Shown piece by piece: positions 1 through 14,324 of a stretch of 64,000 nt of DNA (position 1 is its first letter; the number at the start of each line of letters is the position of its first letter). Both the position numbers and the translations under genes were made by a program. Location of the stretch: NCBI RefSeq assembly GCF_964355755.1, contig NC_092674.1:27838001-27902000 (forward strand), given 5' to 3'. Below the pieces are notes generated by a model. That model had not been told where the DNA came from and did no database searches. It was given only the letters and a program-made list of their open reading frames with translations. Source of the stretch: Antedon mediterranea (lineage: Eukaryota > Animalia > Echinodermata).

Positions 1-668
1 CTCGAGCTGTTCAACAAGTTTTCAGCTATTAAAAACAATTATCGTAGGAGGAGATAGGAAAATGCGATGCATCCTCGTATTATTGTATTCGGGTATTATT
101 CAAGATGGACATGCATTAGACAGTGTATAACACGATCGGAAAACACCCCTATTTGGGGCAAATAGTTGAACCTAAATTCGTTTTAATTGTCAGTAACTAC
201 TTATCGAACTCAATTTAATTAGTAAACAGGGTTACATCAGGTGGTTAAAATCAGTATCGAATGTACGAACCAACTTTATATACCATCGCGTAAACATTCT
301 AGAAATAATGCGTGAATTTTGCCCTTACGTAAATTTATATATAGATTATAAATAAGAGTCAGTTTCTCTCTGTAAATGAATAAATGAATAGAATAATACC
401 ACACAACCAAATACAGTAGAGCTAGCAAAACAGAGTTGGAGGAGCAGAGTCTTCACATATGAAGTTGGCTCCAAATACGAAAAAGAAGAAGAAGAAGAAA
501 CACGACCCGAATGTCGATGTCAACGAAAAATGTGCTTTTCGGTAACATTGGTTCAACCAATAGCAACCTTTTACAATTATGCTGGTATCATAAATACTTA
601 TACAAAATACTATTGTATACTTTTAGTGTTACTTATTTCACTTATTGTCAAAATCGATACATGTAAGT

Positions 669-3600
669 ATGTCTAGAATGGCATTGTCGAAAAAGAATAG
701 CTACGTGCATGCCCCGGGTCTGAAGCCTTTTATTGGGCTGACAATGCACGAAATGTTGGAAGAGAGGGTGGAGAAAAATCCGGACAGAGAAATGCTTGTT
801 TTTGTTGCCGATAATGAACGAGTTACTTTTGCTGACTTTAAGAAAAGGGTGAGAATGAGATATTGTTTGAATGGTTTTTTTTTTCTTGTGTAACTTTTAT
901 TATGTTCATTGGATGACATTGATGACAAGGATGTCGTTGGTAATGAGGATGGCGTTGATGACGAGGATGACGTTGATGGCGAGGATGTCGTTGGTGTAAT
1001 GAGGATGGCGTTGGTGACGAGAATGACGGTTATGGCGAGGATGTCGTTGATGACGAGGATGTCGTTGATGGCGAGGATGACGTTGATGACGTTAATGTCG
1101 TTGATGACGAGGATGATGTTGAAGATGTTTAATAATAATAATGATCCATTTTTTCTAATCTAAGGTCATTATATTTGCATGCGTTGGTAACATGGCCTAT
1201 GTTGGAGCAAGTAAATTGAGTCAAGTAGCGCCACTTCTTTTCGGTACAACTTCAGTGTTTCCTTCACCAAGCTACACATTTGAAAAGTTTGTTCAGGCCA
1301 TCGAAGCAGAAAGGTAAAGTAAATATGCGTTTAATTAACATTAACAAGGATTTAAAACGTACAATGATTATCACTGCTTGCATCGATCGATATTAAATAT
1401 GCGTCTCGATCTTTGCACGGTTTTCATTGGTATTACTGTAGGCCTACTGATCTTCTTTATTAGATGCCACTCCTTCTTGCTGATGATAGATGGTGTGGTT
1501 AATCTTGCGTATAATCCTATTTGTGACAAGTACGACCTGTCTTCATTGAAATTCGGTAATAACCAGTTTTAACTTCTATTTATATAAGTATAGTTATGAA
1601 CATATTTAACATTATCTATCTTAGAAAATCGAGGGGTAAAAATAAATATGTTGTGGTGTTTTTTGTTGTTGTTAAAGGTGTGACCAGTGGTTCGCATATT
1701 CCGCCAGATGTTATTTTTGAGTTGAACAAAAAGTATGGATTTCGCTTGTTGGTGCGTATAAAGTAATCTACCTTTACATCGCGTAGCAAAACTCAGGTGC
1801 GTTAAATAATACCGGTGTGGGGACACTCCGAAGTTTTGCTAGGCGATGTGAAATTATACATGGCGTGAGGAGCATCAACAAAGATGAACTTGTATATGGC
1901 GCATTTGCCGTTATTTGTTTTCGACGAATGAAAGTTTTATTTTCACCCCAGAATTCTTATGGATCAACAGAAACCACCAGCGTCAGCTCAATGGCAGTGG
2001 ATGACGGTCAAGAGGTTTGGAATACAACAGGTTGTACCTTACCCAATATTGAAGTAAGGCCAACTTATCTTTGTCACAACTTGTGTCATATCATTATGTT
2101 TTTAAACACTAACAAAGGGGAAATACTAGACGGTAAATGGACAACCAACATAAATGAATGAACAAAAATGAGCTATGAGAAGTGTGTGAGAAAGGCACAG
2201 CTGAGGAAAGAATGGAAATTCATGACAGCCAATCTGTTTCCTTCGAGCGGAGGACACCGACAGGTGAACAATGATTGTTTAAAATCCAACATTTTTCAGC
2301 TTCAAGTAGTTGATGACGAAGGATATCCCGTAGAAGTGGGAGAAAAAAGAGAAATATGGATACGAAGTCCGGTTGCGTTCAGAGGTTACTATGGTAATAT
2401 TGAGAAAACAAAACAGACGATCACCGAAAACGGATGGATTAAAACGGGGTACTATCACAACTTTTACTATTATTTATTATAACTTTCAGCTCTTCGGGCC
2501 CTGTGGCGGAACTAACAGTAGACATTTTTTACACAATAATTTAATCTACTTATTATAGGCCTTTGGAAATACATGAAATTACAATGTTATGTATTGTAAA
2601 TTGTCAAAACCTACTTAAGTTAATTATTAAGCAAACTTTAGACAGAATGTGCTGTAGGCATATACGCCTAAAACAATTAAAAGAATTGTGCATGTATATT
2701 ATATTTTTCAGAGATATTGGTAAGCTAAGTGCAGATGGCTACCTGACAATGCTTGGTAGAATTAAGGTACATAGACATATACATGTATAGTATTATCGTT
2801 TCAATTTAAGGCAAGTTCCATATTTTACCAGTAAGAAGCTGCAAAGTGATGACGTCATGGTCCACACGGCAAATACAGAAACTCGGCAATTACACACATT
2901 TTACACGCGTGACAACCGCGGGTTATGATACATGATATGTATTCAGTACTGTACATTGACTAACAGTAATATTTTCATTATCAGGAAATAATTATCAGAA
3001 ACGGTTTCAACATCCATCCGTCAGAAGTGGAAAGTTTAGTAATAACCCATCCAGCCGTAAACATTGCGCAGGTAAATGATTGGTTCCAAAAGACGCAACA
3101 CAAGGACGTAACGCAACGCAAGTGAATTGACCAATCACAAGCGATGGCTTATTCGCTTGTGATTGCTAACTGTCTATAACTTCGCTTGTCATTGGTTAAA
3201 ACGCTTGCGTTGCGTTTACGTCCTTGCGTTACGTTCTAGTGGGAACCAAGCTTTAGTTGACCAATCACAAGAGCGATGTATTATTCGAACTGTTGTTGGT
3301 CGAGTCTACACACTTGCGTTACGTTCTAGAGAAGTGATAACGTTATTCATGTTTATGCACATACAGTATACCAATAATGTTCTCCAAAGCGTGGGATGAT
3401 TCTTCCGGGCTTTGGAGAACAAACCAAATGTTGCAATATTGGGTTTGTATACATTGTAATAGTTTTTTTCTTACACAGGTTATACCAATTCTAGATTACA
3501 GAGTCGGTGAAGATGTATGTGCATGTGTTACGTACGTATTATTTGAATTCCAACTAAAACTGAAATTCTTTTATATAATGAAATAAATATATATAATTAT

Positions 3601-4468
3601 TTTACATTATTTTCAACAGTTTTGCATGATTATGAATTCTTTTAAAAAAGAAAACTGAATTTTATTTCAGATTAAATGAAGGTTTCAATGTCACCGAAGA
3701 AGAATTGAAAACGTTCTTTGAAGGAAAGGTATAAAGCATAAAGTTTACATTAAATAAACACAAGAAATCAATATTATTTGAAATTCAATTATTTTCTTTC
3801 AATACAATCACGAAAAATGTCGTCTGGTTTCAAAGCAATATTGTATACAAAATTTATCTTTTGATAAACCAATTATCAAGTACTTACTTCCTACGTTTCG
3901 ACTATTTTCAATAGCCTTCTAATCTTCAGTCATTCGTCAGGCTCGGTGATTCGCGCCATCACTTGCCTGATGTTCAGCTTTCAGTACAATACTTGATAAT
4001 TGGTTTATCGAAATATAAATGTGTATACAAAATTTGAACTTATTAAATTTGACGATAATTTTCGAAATTTGTTTTTTTTTCAGATGTCGGATTTAATCCA
4101 GCCATCTTACTTTCTCATCTTTGACTCTTTCCCAGCTGGCGCTTCAGGAAAGGTAATGTTATGGCATACACATGTTCTAAAGGCTTAGCAAATACAAATA
4201 TACTTTAAACTTAAAGATATATCTGGAAATTCGATAATAGATCAATAACTATATTTATTATTTATCACCATTGTAATAATATAAACGCATTCCCCGTAAT
4301 TTTGTAGTAGTAAGACTACAATTAGACCACGTCAGCTTTGATCATAGAACATTAACTAATGTAATTTAAAATCACAAAATCATGTTGTTTTTACAGGTGG
4401 ATCGTAAGAAGCTACAAGAGATGGCTATTGGTCGAATTAAATTACCAGAAATGCCTTATGAAAAATAG
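669..4468 (+). CDS. ACSF2-like acyl-CoA synthetase copy A, internally deleted (exons 2-7 absent) but in frame, ~379 aa; may be a pseudogene
   Basis: Exons 669-848, 1165-1313, 1464-1555, 1678-1751, 1952-2053, 2300-2448, 2712-2766, 2985-3071, 3479-3531, 3671-3728, 4084-4152, 4397-4468, all with GT-AG introns. Motifs YGSTE (A5), TGD (A7), GRIKEIIIR (A8) and ASGK (A10) are present. The TSGTTGxPK P-loop exons are missing. Confidence 0.75.
910..1135. repeat. ~18-bp GAT/GAC-rich minisatellite (gatgacgaggatgtcgtt-like)
   Basis: Degenerate tandem units are visible in the intron joining exon 1 to exon 8 of copy A. Confidence 0.85.
3081..3256. mobile_element. Palindromic MITE (TGGTTCCCACTAG...CTAGTGGGAACCAAGCT family)
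   Basis: Inverted arms (aaggacgtaacgcaacgcaag / cttgcgttgcgtttacgtcctt). Related copies lie at ~54205-54312 and ~62072-62178. Confidence 0.65.
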
Positions 4469-7400
4469 GTCGTTATACATTAGTTCATTTAAATGTTTTT
4501 AGATTGATAATTATATTTAACGAAATACACAATAAATTGATAATGTTATTCGGATGTAGCGCGTAGTATGTTACCGTATTCGAAAATAATGGAAGTTTCG
4601 CCCCGGTGTTGTGTTGATCTGAGTAACCGCTTCACTGGTGGCCGTGGAGTGGAAGTTAAGTTAGGCTTTAGGATGTTAGTTAATATGTTAGTGTTCCTTT
4701 AATTGGTTCTATTGTCTGGTTATCGATTCTTATTCAGAAAAAAAAAACAATACTAGCTAAGTTCTACCTCGTTGTTAAAATGACTAATATTATCATATGG
4801 TATATTGACATTTACATTCTATTTTGGTAGCCTACTACCTGTATATTTAATCAAATAAAGTCATTTGATGTATAAATTCTTCATTTGTATTCACAAACAG
4901 ATACGTTCCATTCTTTATTTCATATTGTCTTATATTTTGCTCGTCATTTTTTAACGTTTGTGTAAATTCATTTTAAAACAGTTTTAGCTGATTTATATAG
5001 ACGGTATTTTTGGCGGCGATTGCCTTCCATAGTTTTTTTGTTTTTGTTTAAATCTATTAGACAGAATACATTTATGTGAACTTTTCTGATTTGTCAGTCT
5101 ATCAATAATTTACCATCGCTTCCGCTGCTGCTCAGTCTAGTCTATTTTAAAAGGGCACTTTAGCAAAAAGCTAATTGCTATCCACTGTGAGATTTATCCT
5201 TGTAGAATCCGCTATAGTTATCTAGTATGGCTTTTTTGCGAAACAAGAGCTACGTCCATATCCCCAGTCTGAAGCCTTTTATCGGGCTAACAATGCACGA
5301 AATGTTGGAAGAGAGGTTGAAGAAAAATCCGGACAGAGAAATGCCTGTTTTTGTCGGTGATAATGAACGAGTTACATTTGCTGAATACAAGAAAAGGGTG
5401 AGTTAATAAAATATTAATGTACTTATACATACTGGAAATATTGTGAAAGGCGTCGCTTTGATCACTAACAAATGAATAGTAACATCATACTTTCTTTATA
5501 ATATGAACGATATGTAATGTTTTGTTTGAAATAAGTAAACCAATTTAAAAAACAAATAGTATGCTGGTTTTTCTAAATAGAAGAAATTGTGTGGTTATTG
5601 AATTTCTCGAGTTGGTTTGACTGTAAAATGTAAACGCTTAACTAATATGTATATTTCGTTCTATCTTTTCAGGTAATTGACTTAGCAGCCGGGTTCCTAC
5701 TCAAACTTGGTCTTCGTCGCGGTGATCGTATAGCTGTTATAGGCGCTAACCACATAGAATGGCCACTTATTACAGGTGCAGCGAGAGCAATAGGCGTCGG
5801 TGTGGTAGGTACCTCAGCATTAATTAAACACATCGACAAATACACACCTCCTGATATGAGGATGAGGTTTTTTCCTGACTGTCGAAAACATTCTAAATAT
5901 TTAAATTTCTATAACGTGATTGATGTATAACCTTAGGCCTACTAATAAGAGTTCATTCGGACAAACACTGAGAAAGTACTGTACTTCCTTTATGATTTGG
6001 TTTCATTATTTTTTTTTCACGCTAATCTGCTTATTGGTCATACTCCTCAAACTTTTAAGAAAATAATGAAACAGGTATGAATTATTTATCATATTTCATC
6101 AAGTTTCCAATTGGTATTGTATTATAATAAATTCATACAGTAATTTTAAAACTTGCGTCTCGAATTGAATTTATCATAATAAACCGTTATCCGGCGCTAA
6201 TTCTCTTAGTGTTCTACAGTTTCTTCCATTCTAGGCTATTACATATGTTGATAAATGGGAATAAAAGGGCATTATGATAGGCCTAGGTACAGTAGAAGTA
6301 AATAATTGGCTCACTAGGACATAAAAGCCTATTATTTAATTCGCAAAACGAATCCCTACTGCAGGTATCGTGCAAAGTGCTGTTCATAACCCGTAGCCCT
6401 GACACACTTTACCAAATGTTTTGTGAAATGATTCCAGAATTAAGTGAAAGTATTCCAGGTGACCTGAATTCAAAACAGTGAGTATTGGACAATTAGAATG
6501 TCAATTAGGTAATGGATCATTAATTATGGCATGTAGGGAAGCTTGATAAAACACCTTTTAAATACTGTAATGTTTTTAGGTTACCTAACTTGAAGAAAGT
6601 CATAGCCACCGGTTCAAATTGTAAACGGTAAGTAATATTAACAAGTCTGTATGTAAAAATAGAACTTAAAATGTTTTGATCTAACAAAAGTATACGTGTC
6701 TGTTTTGTAATGTAAAATGTATTATTTTTTTCAGTGGAATGTTGAATCTCGATGATCTATTTCTGGATGTGAGGAGGAGGTAGCAAAAGTGACAATGAGA
6801 GTGACAATTGATGACGTCTGTTACTTTAGTATGACATCGGTACAAAATATTACATTAAACTTATTACAAATTAACGATTTAAATATACCTATAGCAGCCA
6901 TAAGCAACTATTTGCATTTTATTAAATTAATTGTCATGTGATGGAAGTCATGGAAGGTATTTTGAGCGCCAAGAGCGAGTCTTACTCTGTGAGTTTATGG
7001 GAGTTCTTTTATTTCAACAGGGAACAACTGGATCACTGAAATTGGTACCGTATACTCATTTCCAAATACTCAATGGAACCGTCTTTGCACCAGATCAATT
7101 TGACAAAAAACAAGTATGCTAAAACGTATTTGAACTTGTTTTCTGAATTGTATGGACACAATTTAGACGACGCCACGTATATACAAAATATGGCCGTGGT
7201 AACCGCTTGTTTTCCCCTTTTACGTGAATTTTTTTGCGTCAATCGAAAATTCCTGATCTGTGATTGGTTGCATATTTTGAAGAAATTCGTTGTCGCCCTA
7301 GTGACTGACGATAATGGTAACGTTTATAATTAATATTTAATGATTTTATTTATTTATTCATTTCGTAAGATCAATAAATTAGTATGTAGCAGTAACATGG

Positions 7401-9212
7401 CAAACACTATGGCAACGCAGATGAGCCAAGTAGCGCCGCTTCTGTTCGGTACAACTTCAGTGTTTCCTTCACCAACCTACACATTCGAGACGTTTGTTCA
7501 GGCTATCGAAGCTGAGAGGTAACATTATAAGTAATAGACATTCTAGCCTACATATCCATGTTACCATCGATAGACCTACCATACACTGTCGATGACCGCT
7601 GTCATCTAAATTGTTTTTTAGATGCATGTTCTTCTCATTGAAGATTAGTGGTCTGGTTGATCTTGCGTATAATCCTATCTGTGATAGGTACGACCTGTCT
7701 TCATTGAAATCAGGTAAATTAGTATACATTATAGTTATTTTAGTAGGTACATATTAAACGTAATATGCTGCAGAGAATTACTAATATTTAAACATTTTTT
7801 AATTAGGTTTTGTTTGTGGTTCCCCCATCCCGCCAGATGTTATTTTAGAGTTGAACAAAAGGCGTGGAATTCTTACGTTGGTATGTAAACTGTCTGCGAA
7901 TGCCTATAAACCTTCTGAAGTTTTAATAGTCATAGCGAAAAATTACATTCGTTTTTTTTCTCTAGAATCTTTATGGATCAACAGAAATCCCTAGAGTCAG
8001 CTCGATGACAGTAAATGATGGTTCAGAGGTTTGGAATACAACAGGTCGCATCTTACCACATGTTGAGGTAATGCCATATTGATCTTATCTTTAGTCGTAA
8101 CTTGTGTGCTCCTATTCCGACATCATACACTTTTCAAATCCAACTTTTTCTTTTCAGCTTCAAATAGTTGATGAATATGGATGCCCTGTAGACATCGAAG
8201 AAAGAGGAGAGGTATGGGTACGAAGTCCGTTTGCGTTCGGAGGTTACTATGGTGATATTGAGAAAACAAAGCAGATGATCACTGAAAATGGGTGGATTAA
8301 AATGGGGTAATATCACAACTTTTCCTATTATCTATTAAAGTTTATATTGAGTAAATTATATACCAAGATATAACACATTTTGTTTGCTTTTTTTTAGCGA
8401 TGTTGGTAAGCTAAGTACAGATGGCTACCTGACAATAGTTGGTCGAATTAAGGTACTGATATAAAATGTGGGCCTACTACAGTTTAATACAATGTTGTTC
8501 TCGTTACCAAGTTAAAATATTATTTTCAGGATATAATTATAAGAAGAGGTGTCAATGTACATCCTTCAGAAGTGGAAAGTATAGTAACAACTCATCCAGC
8601 CGTAAACATTGCGCAGGTAAGTGTATGCCTAAAACTAATCAAATCCATTTTTTCTCCATTTCTTTACAAAATTAAATGTATTACTGCTTAAATAGTTGTA
8701 TTTTGAAAGGAAAGGCGATTTTTCTTACAGGTTTTACCAGTACCAGATTACAGAATCGGTGAAGATGTTTGTGCATGTGTTACGTAAGTTTGTTTTTATT
8801 TATCCCAAAACTAAAAATAACTTATAAATAAAAAAAACATACATTATTTTATAATCTATAAGTATTTTATATTTTAACAAAATTGCATTTTGTTTTTCAG
8901 ATTAAACGAAGGTTTCAATGTAACCGAAAAAAAACTGAAAACTTTCTTTGAAGGAAAGGTACCGTATCAACTTCAAGTTATCAAAATAATAAACACACAA
9001 CAAATAAAACTCATTTGTTGGTTCTTGTGAATGAAACAATTTCATTTCCGAAACTTCCTTTTGTTTTTTATGTTCGACAATCTTATTTTTAAAATTCTTT
9101 CTGTTTCAGATGTCAGATTTAATTCAGCCGTCTTGCTTTTTAATTTTTCACTCCTTCCCATTTAGTGCTTCAGGAAAGGTAATGTCATATGGTTTGTTTT
9201 GTTAATACTTGT

Positions 9213-9802
9213 GTAGTAGATAAATTGATAATAGATCAATCGATAGTAGATCAATCGATAATAGATTAATCGATAATAGATAAATTGATAATTGATCAAT
9301 TGATAATAGATCAATCGATAATAGATCAATTGATAATAGATCAACCGATGGTAGATCAATCGATAATAGATCAATTGATAATAGATTAATCGATGGTAGA
9401 TCAATCGATAATAGATCAATTGATAATAGATCAATCGATGGTAGATCAATCGATAATAGATCAATTGATAATAGATCAATCGATGGTAGATCAATTCATA
9501 ATAAATCAATCGATGATATATCTATAATAATAATAATAACAGGGTTTTTATAGCGCACATACCACTCAAGAGTGCTCAAGGCGCATTCCAAAAAATAAAA
9601 GCAAATCATACAAATGCCTGACAAATAAAATGCAATTTCTTTGGAGGGTCCCCATCCGTTCTCGTTCTGTCGCGGTCCCGATAATAGATCAATTGATAAT
9701 AGATCATTTGATAGTAGATCAATTGATAATAGATCAATCGATAATAGATCAATCGATAGTTGATCAATTTATAATACATCAATCGATAATAGATCAATCG
9801 AT
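9213..9802. repeat. 15-bp minisatellite (gataatagatcaatc/t), split by an insertion
   Basis: Tandem units at 9213-9515 and 9680-9802 in the last intron of copy B. Confidence 0.9.
9525..9680 (-). mobile_element. 3' end of an L2-like LINE/SINE with (TAT)n tail
   Basis: The reverse strand reads gcgccttgagcactcttgagtggtatgtgcgctataaaaaccctgttattattatt, which resembles L2-type 3' termini. Confidence 0.5.
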
Positions 9803-10377
9803 ATATAAATTGCGTCACCACCTTTAGGCCTATAATACATATTAGGTGTTTGCAAAGTACTAATTCAATTTTACTCTCTCCACAATTACAAGCTCCCTAT
9901 ATTAAAGTACAATATTAAAAAGATGATATTTGAAACATATTGCTAGCTACTATTGCTACTGCACAATGGAGTTGTAAATATTTTGCTTAATCTCACTTTG
10001 TTTTTTTCTTTTTCTGTCTCAAAATGTCATTTCTTTGTTATGTAATGCGTCCGTCTATGTTTTATGTTTAGACTACAGAGACAAGCCACTTTGGCTTCTG
10101 TGTATCTAACTCATAACACTGTTAAATGTTAAATAAATGTTGTTATTAGTAAAAAAAAAAGTTGATAAAAACAAATATGTCATGATTATCATTTCCAGGT
10201 GGATCGTAAGAAGCTGCAAGAGTTGGCTATTGGTCGAATTAAATTACCAGACACGCCTTATGCCGAATAAAGTGTTAAGTGAAGAGCCGCACCGCATTAA
10301 ATTAACATTTTTCTATGCTACTACAGGACACATTTATATAATTTTTGAATATTTAAGTGTGTTATGAACTTTAGTAA

Positions 10378-10953
10378 TACCCCTTTCACACCAAAAGCAA
10401 AACTCCGGAGACACTCCGGAGACAACCCGGAGTTGACGTCCCGCTGTTTGGTGTGAAAGGTAAAATCAAGCAACTCCGGAGTTTAAAACTGCGGGGTTGA
10501 ACAGGTGAACATTCTCCGGAGAGCGAACTGCGGGGACACCCCGGTGTTTTGGTGTGAAAGGTGCCAACATCAAACTCCGGAGTGTTTCGGGTCAAAAGGT
10601 CATCCTCACACGATCACTCATTGCTTTAGTTTTATTTCAAAATACTTTAAATATTTCTACAACATATATAGCGGGTTAAAAAATAATAAGTAGTATCAAT
10701 AAAACATTATATTACTTCTGAGACTTTTGAAAGTAATTATTAAATTAAACATATTATTAATTAAAATGATTCTAATGATCGTCGCTATGTAAACAAACAC
10801 AATAGAGGGCGACATTTACAATTTTATTTTATAAACCCCGGAGTTGCTAGGTTGGTGTGAAAGGGGTATCTCCGGAGTTTCTCGACGTTTTGAATGGTCA
10901 TAAACCCCGGGGTGTCTCCGGAGACACTCCGGAGTTTTGGTGTGAAAGGGGTA
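10378..10953. mobile_element. PIF/Harbinger-type MITE
   Basis: TIR TACCCCTTTCACACCAAAA / TTTTGGTGTGAAAGGGGTA. TAA lies on both flanks (10375-10377, 10954-10956). The interior has repeated ctccggag motifs. Confidence 0.85.
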
Positions 10954-11654
10954 TAATATTGTTAGTGAGAAAGAAACTGAACTGAACCAAACCTTATTTA
11001 TAACGTGAACAAAACTAAGGAACTAATTGCATGCTGATAATAATTGATATTCTTTTAAATGATTTTCAAAATAAAGCTTGTTATAATGTAAGCCACCAAT
11101 TTATAATTTATTTACGTTGATATTTTATAAATTTAATTGTAAACATTGTGATTTTATCCATTTAGTTATATGGTAATAATACACTAGTAACGTTGTTCAT
11201 ACTGGTGACGTCATGATGCATAGGCCCATATTTTAAATATTAATATTGACATTTACATTCTATTTTAGTAGCCTACTACCCGTATTTTTAGTCAAAGAAA
11301 GTCATTTTAATGTATAAATCTTCATTTGTATTCACAAACAGATACGTTCCATTCTTCATGTCATATTGTTTAATATTGTGCTCGCCATTTGTTAACGTTT
11401 GTGTAAGTAAACTTAAAACATTTTTAGCTGTGTTATTTAGATTTTGCCTTCCATAATTTCATTTTTTTTAAATCTAATCGACAAAACACATCGTGTTAAC
11501 TTTTCTGATATCAAATATACTGTAAACAGAATGTAAACCAATAATTAATTGCTTAATTTTTTGTAACTTCAAATTTGAGACCTTTATTTAATTATGTACA
11601 CCACTATTAAACATCCATTTGTTGATGAATAGCCAAGAAAACAAATGTGATATA

Positions 11655-11985
11655 TAGTGTGGCCAGCGATGGAAATGAAATTATGGTAAGTGACAGCACA
11701 AAATTATACCAGATTATGCTAGACATATTTACGGCCAAAATAGCACTAACAATGTATTAGAGGACGGTGTAGGTCTTCGGATTTTCGGCCAAATTATGCT
11801 AGATTTAGTAAATAATTATGCTAGATATTATGTTGAATCTTCTGCCGTATGCTGTGTCATTGGGTTTTTCAAATTATGCCAGATTATGCTAGATTTTCTA
11901 AAATTATGCTAGGCATAAATTCTAGATGCCAGATGGGTGAAAGTATGCCAGACAGCATAATTATGCCAGATTTGGCCACTTTGTA
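11655..11985. mobile_element. Small non-autonomous DNA element with repeated attatgctag motif
   Basis: Imperfect termini agtgtggcca / tggccactttg. It lies within an insertion relative to the paralogous spacer at ~5080-5120. Confidence 0.45.
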
Positions 11986-12146
11986 TTTATATCAATAATT
12001 TACCATCGCTTTCGCTGCTACTCAGTCTTTCGTCCGTCGTATACTCATAAGTTCATTGAAAATACGACATCAAGAACTATATGTTGATTTTATGCCTACT
12101 GATTCTGTAGATCAACCTTTGAACAATGTTTATATGTTGACATTAT

Positions 12147-12997
12147 TTACCTCCGCCAAGGAGGTATATGTAATCGATCGCATGTGTGTGTTTGTCTGTC
12201 TGTCTGTTTGTTTGTCTGTTTGTCTGTTTGTTTGTTAGCAGGATTACTCAAAAAATAATTACAAGATCTTTACCACAATGAATATACAGATAAATATGTG
12301 GTCAAGGACCATTCCATTAAATTTTTGGACCATTTGGGACCATGGTCCCAATTCTGAACCACTTTTCAGTATAATTTTCAGACCTGCTAGTGTTAAAAGA
12401 TAGGACAGAAGTTTTCAAAAGCCGGCGAGCAGTCTTAAAGTAACAAGTAAACTGAAATTGCATTTTCTCGAGAACTACTTGTCCAAAAAACTTCATTTTT
12501 GTACACGAGGCAAGAGTTATAATTTGTGATTTGTAATTTTAAAACATAATGTGCACCTTTTTTGATGCGAGTAGTTTAAAAAACCTATTTCATTTCAAAT
12601 TCACTCGTTTGATTTTCGCGTTGCTGTTCTATTGTTAGTCAACTGAAGCTATTGTTAATTGAAAGGCTTGTTACATAACCATTACGCCAAACTCGCATAC
12701 ACATGGTTGTAGTGAAATTAGCCTAAACCATAAACATCATTAAGACACACACAAATATATATATATATATATATTCAGGTTGAAATTATCAGACCGTTAG
12801 GATAGAGTGCTCAATACCAAGGTAGAGCATAAATAAATAAATAAAATAACAGCAGAAAACTTGGTTACTTCATTGTTTTAATCACTACAAATTTGTTTCG
12901 TACGACCAAATATATAAATTTATTTTCCCGGAGAAATCTTATGTAGGAGAATTTTACAGTAGGCGGAGGTATGCACTCTCGGAGTGGCTTTCAAGTT
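12147..12997 (+). mobile_element. Helentron-associated non-autonomous element (HINE/DINE-1-like)
   Basis: 5' tacctccgccaaggaggt, a (GTCT/GTTT)n microsatellite, 3' subTIR ggcggaggta followed by the hairpin cactctcggagtg, and T-rich flanks. Confidence 0.8.
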
Positions 12998-14324
12998 CCA
13001 ATTAATTATGTTGATACTCTAAGCTCATGTTTATCAACACTCAGTGTTGGCTACAACAGAAGTAAACTTGAATAATCCTGTCGTTTACTACGGAATTCAA
13101 GAAAAAAAAGTTAAAACTGTTTAAATCCACGTTTAAATGCCAATTTACACAAATGCGCGGTACCGGTAAGCGGAAAACCGCGTAGCTTGTCCCATGTAGA
13201 ATCTGTATCTATCTATTACTGTTACCGCTCGTCTGTGTAAATTGATGATTGAACTAGAGTAAAGCTCTGCTGTCTACACTAAAAATGAACATGATTATGT
13301 CATATCGCTATCATATTTGGGTATAGCACATTTAGGAAAATAACAAACTTGCTTGATAATGTAGAGTCCATTTGTCATTAAGTATAGTTGTTAAATCCGT
13401 AGAATGTTGTCTCGAATGACCTTGTTGCGCAGGATAAGCTACGTTCATGCCCCAAGTCTTAAGCCCTTTATTGGGCTGACGATGCACGAAATGTTGGAAG
13501 AGAGAGTGAAGAAAAATCCAGACAGAGAAATGCTTGTTTTTGTCAGCGATAACGAACGAGTTACGTTTGCTGAATACAAGAAAAGGGTGAGCAATTTACA
13601 CATTATCATTCCACTTCCATTCGTTCCGCTTGAAAACTTGCGATAGGCTGCACATTGTCGTGGTTGCCTGCACAAGGGCTGAACTATACACTTTCTTTCT
13701 ATTCTTCAGGTAATAGACTTAGCAGCCGGGTTCTTATTCAAACTTGGTCTTCGTCGTGGTGATCGTATAGCGATTATAGGTGCTAACCATGTAGAATGGC
13801 CGCTTATTACAGGTGCAGCGAGAGCAATAGGCGTCGGTGTGGTAGGTACCCCATAATATTTATTTAATTAATCAAATTACATATTTTTAAACTGATATCA
13901 AGTTTATATCTACCGTTATGTCATAAACTATATTGCTTTAATGTAACGTATAACGTTCAGTGTGTGTAACCTTAAATTAACAAAAACAAAACACGGGTGA
14001 AGAAACTATTTGGATTGAATATTCAAAATTATTAATTAATTTTTTTCAGGCTAATCTGCTTATTGGTCATACTTCTCACACTTTTCAGAATGTAATGGCA
14101 CAGGTATGAATTATTCATCATATTTCATTAATTGTTTTTCATTAATACTGTTTATGATGATGTCTGTGAAGTTAGCTACTACTGTACAGTAGTTCCAAGT
14201 TCCTTATTCGAAGATAATTAAAAGGAAAGTTTCAAATTGTTTGAGGGACTAGTGTTGTTCCGCCGTACCACGCCGAGAATGTTAAAGGGTTGCTATCTAT
14301 TCAGGTTTGAACTATACCATGAAA

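Larger units (their letters stand above)
5227..10270 (+). pseudogene. ACSF2-like copy B, pseudogene with all 18 exons
   Basis: Exons 5227-5397, 5673-5804, 6021-6074, 6365-6477, 6580-6627, 6735-6839, 7021-7113, 7369-7517, 7622-7713, 7807-7880, 7966-8067, 8158-8306, 8398-8452, 8530-8616, 8731-8783, 8901-8958, 9110-9178, 10199-10270. The exon 3 acceptor is AG>AC (6020). A 4-nt deletion in exon 6 gives TAG at 6781, and the P-loop reads GSLK instead of GSPK. Confidence 0.85.

Noticed and set aside
909-1163. Asp-rich / Met-rich 84-aa ORF
   Set aside because: It is a translation of an intronic minisatellite, and the frame switches mid-repeat.
9162-9827. (LIYYR)n and (IIDQS)n ORFs
   Set aside because: These are translations of the 15-bp minisatellite.
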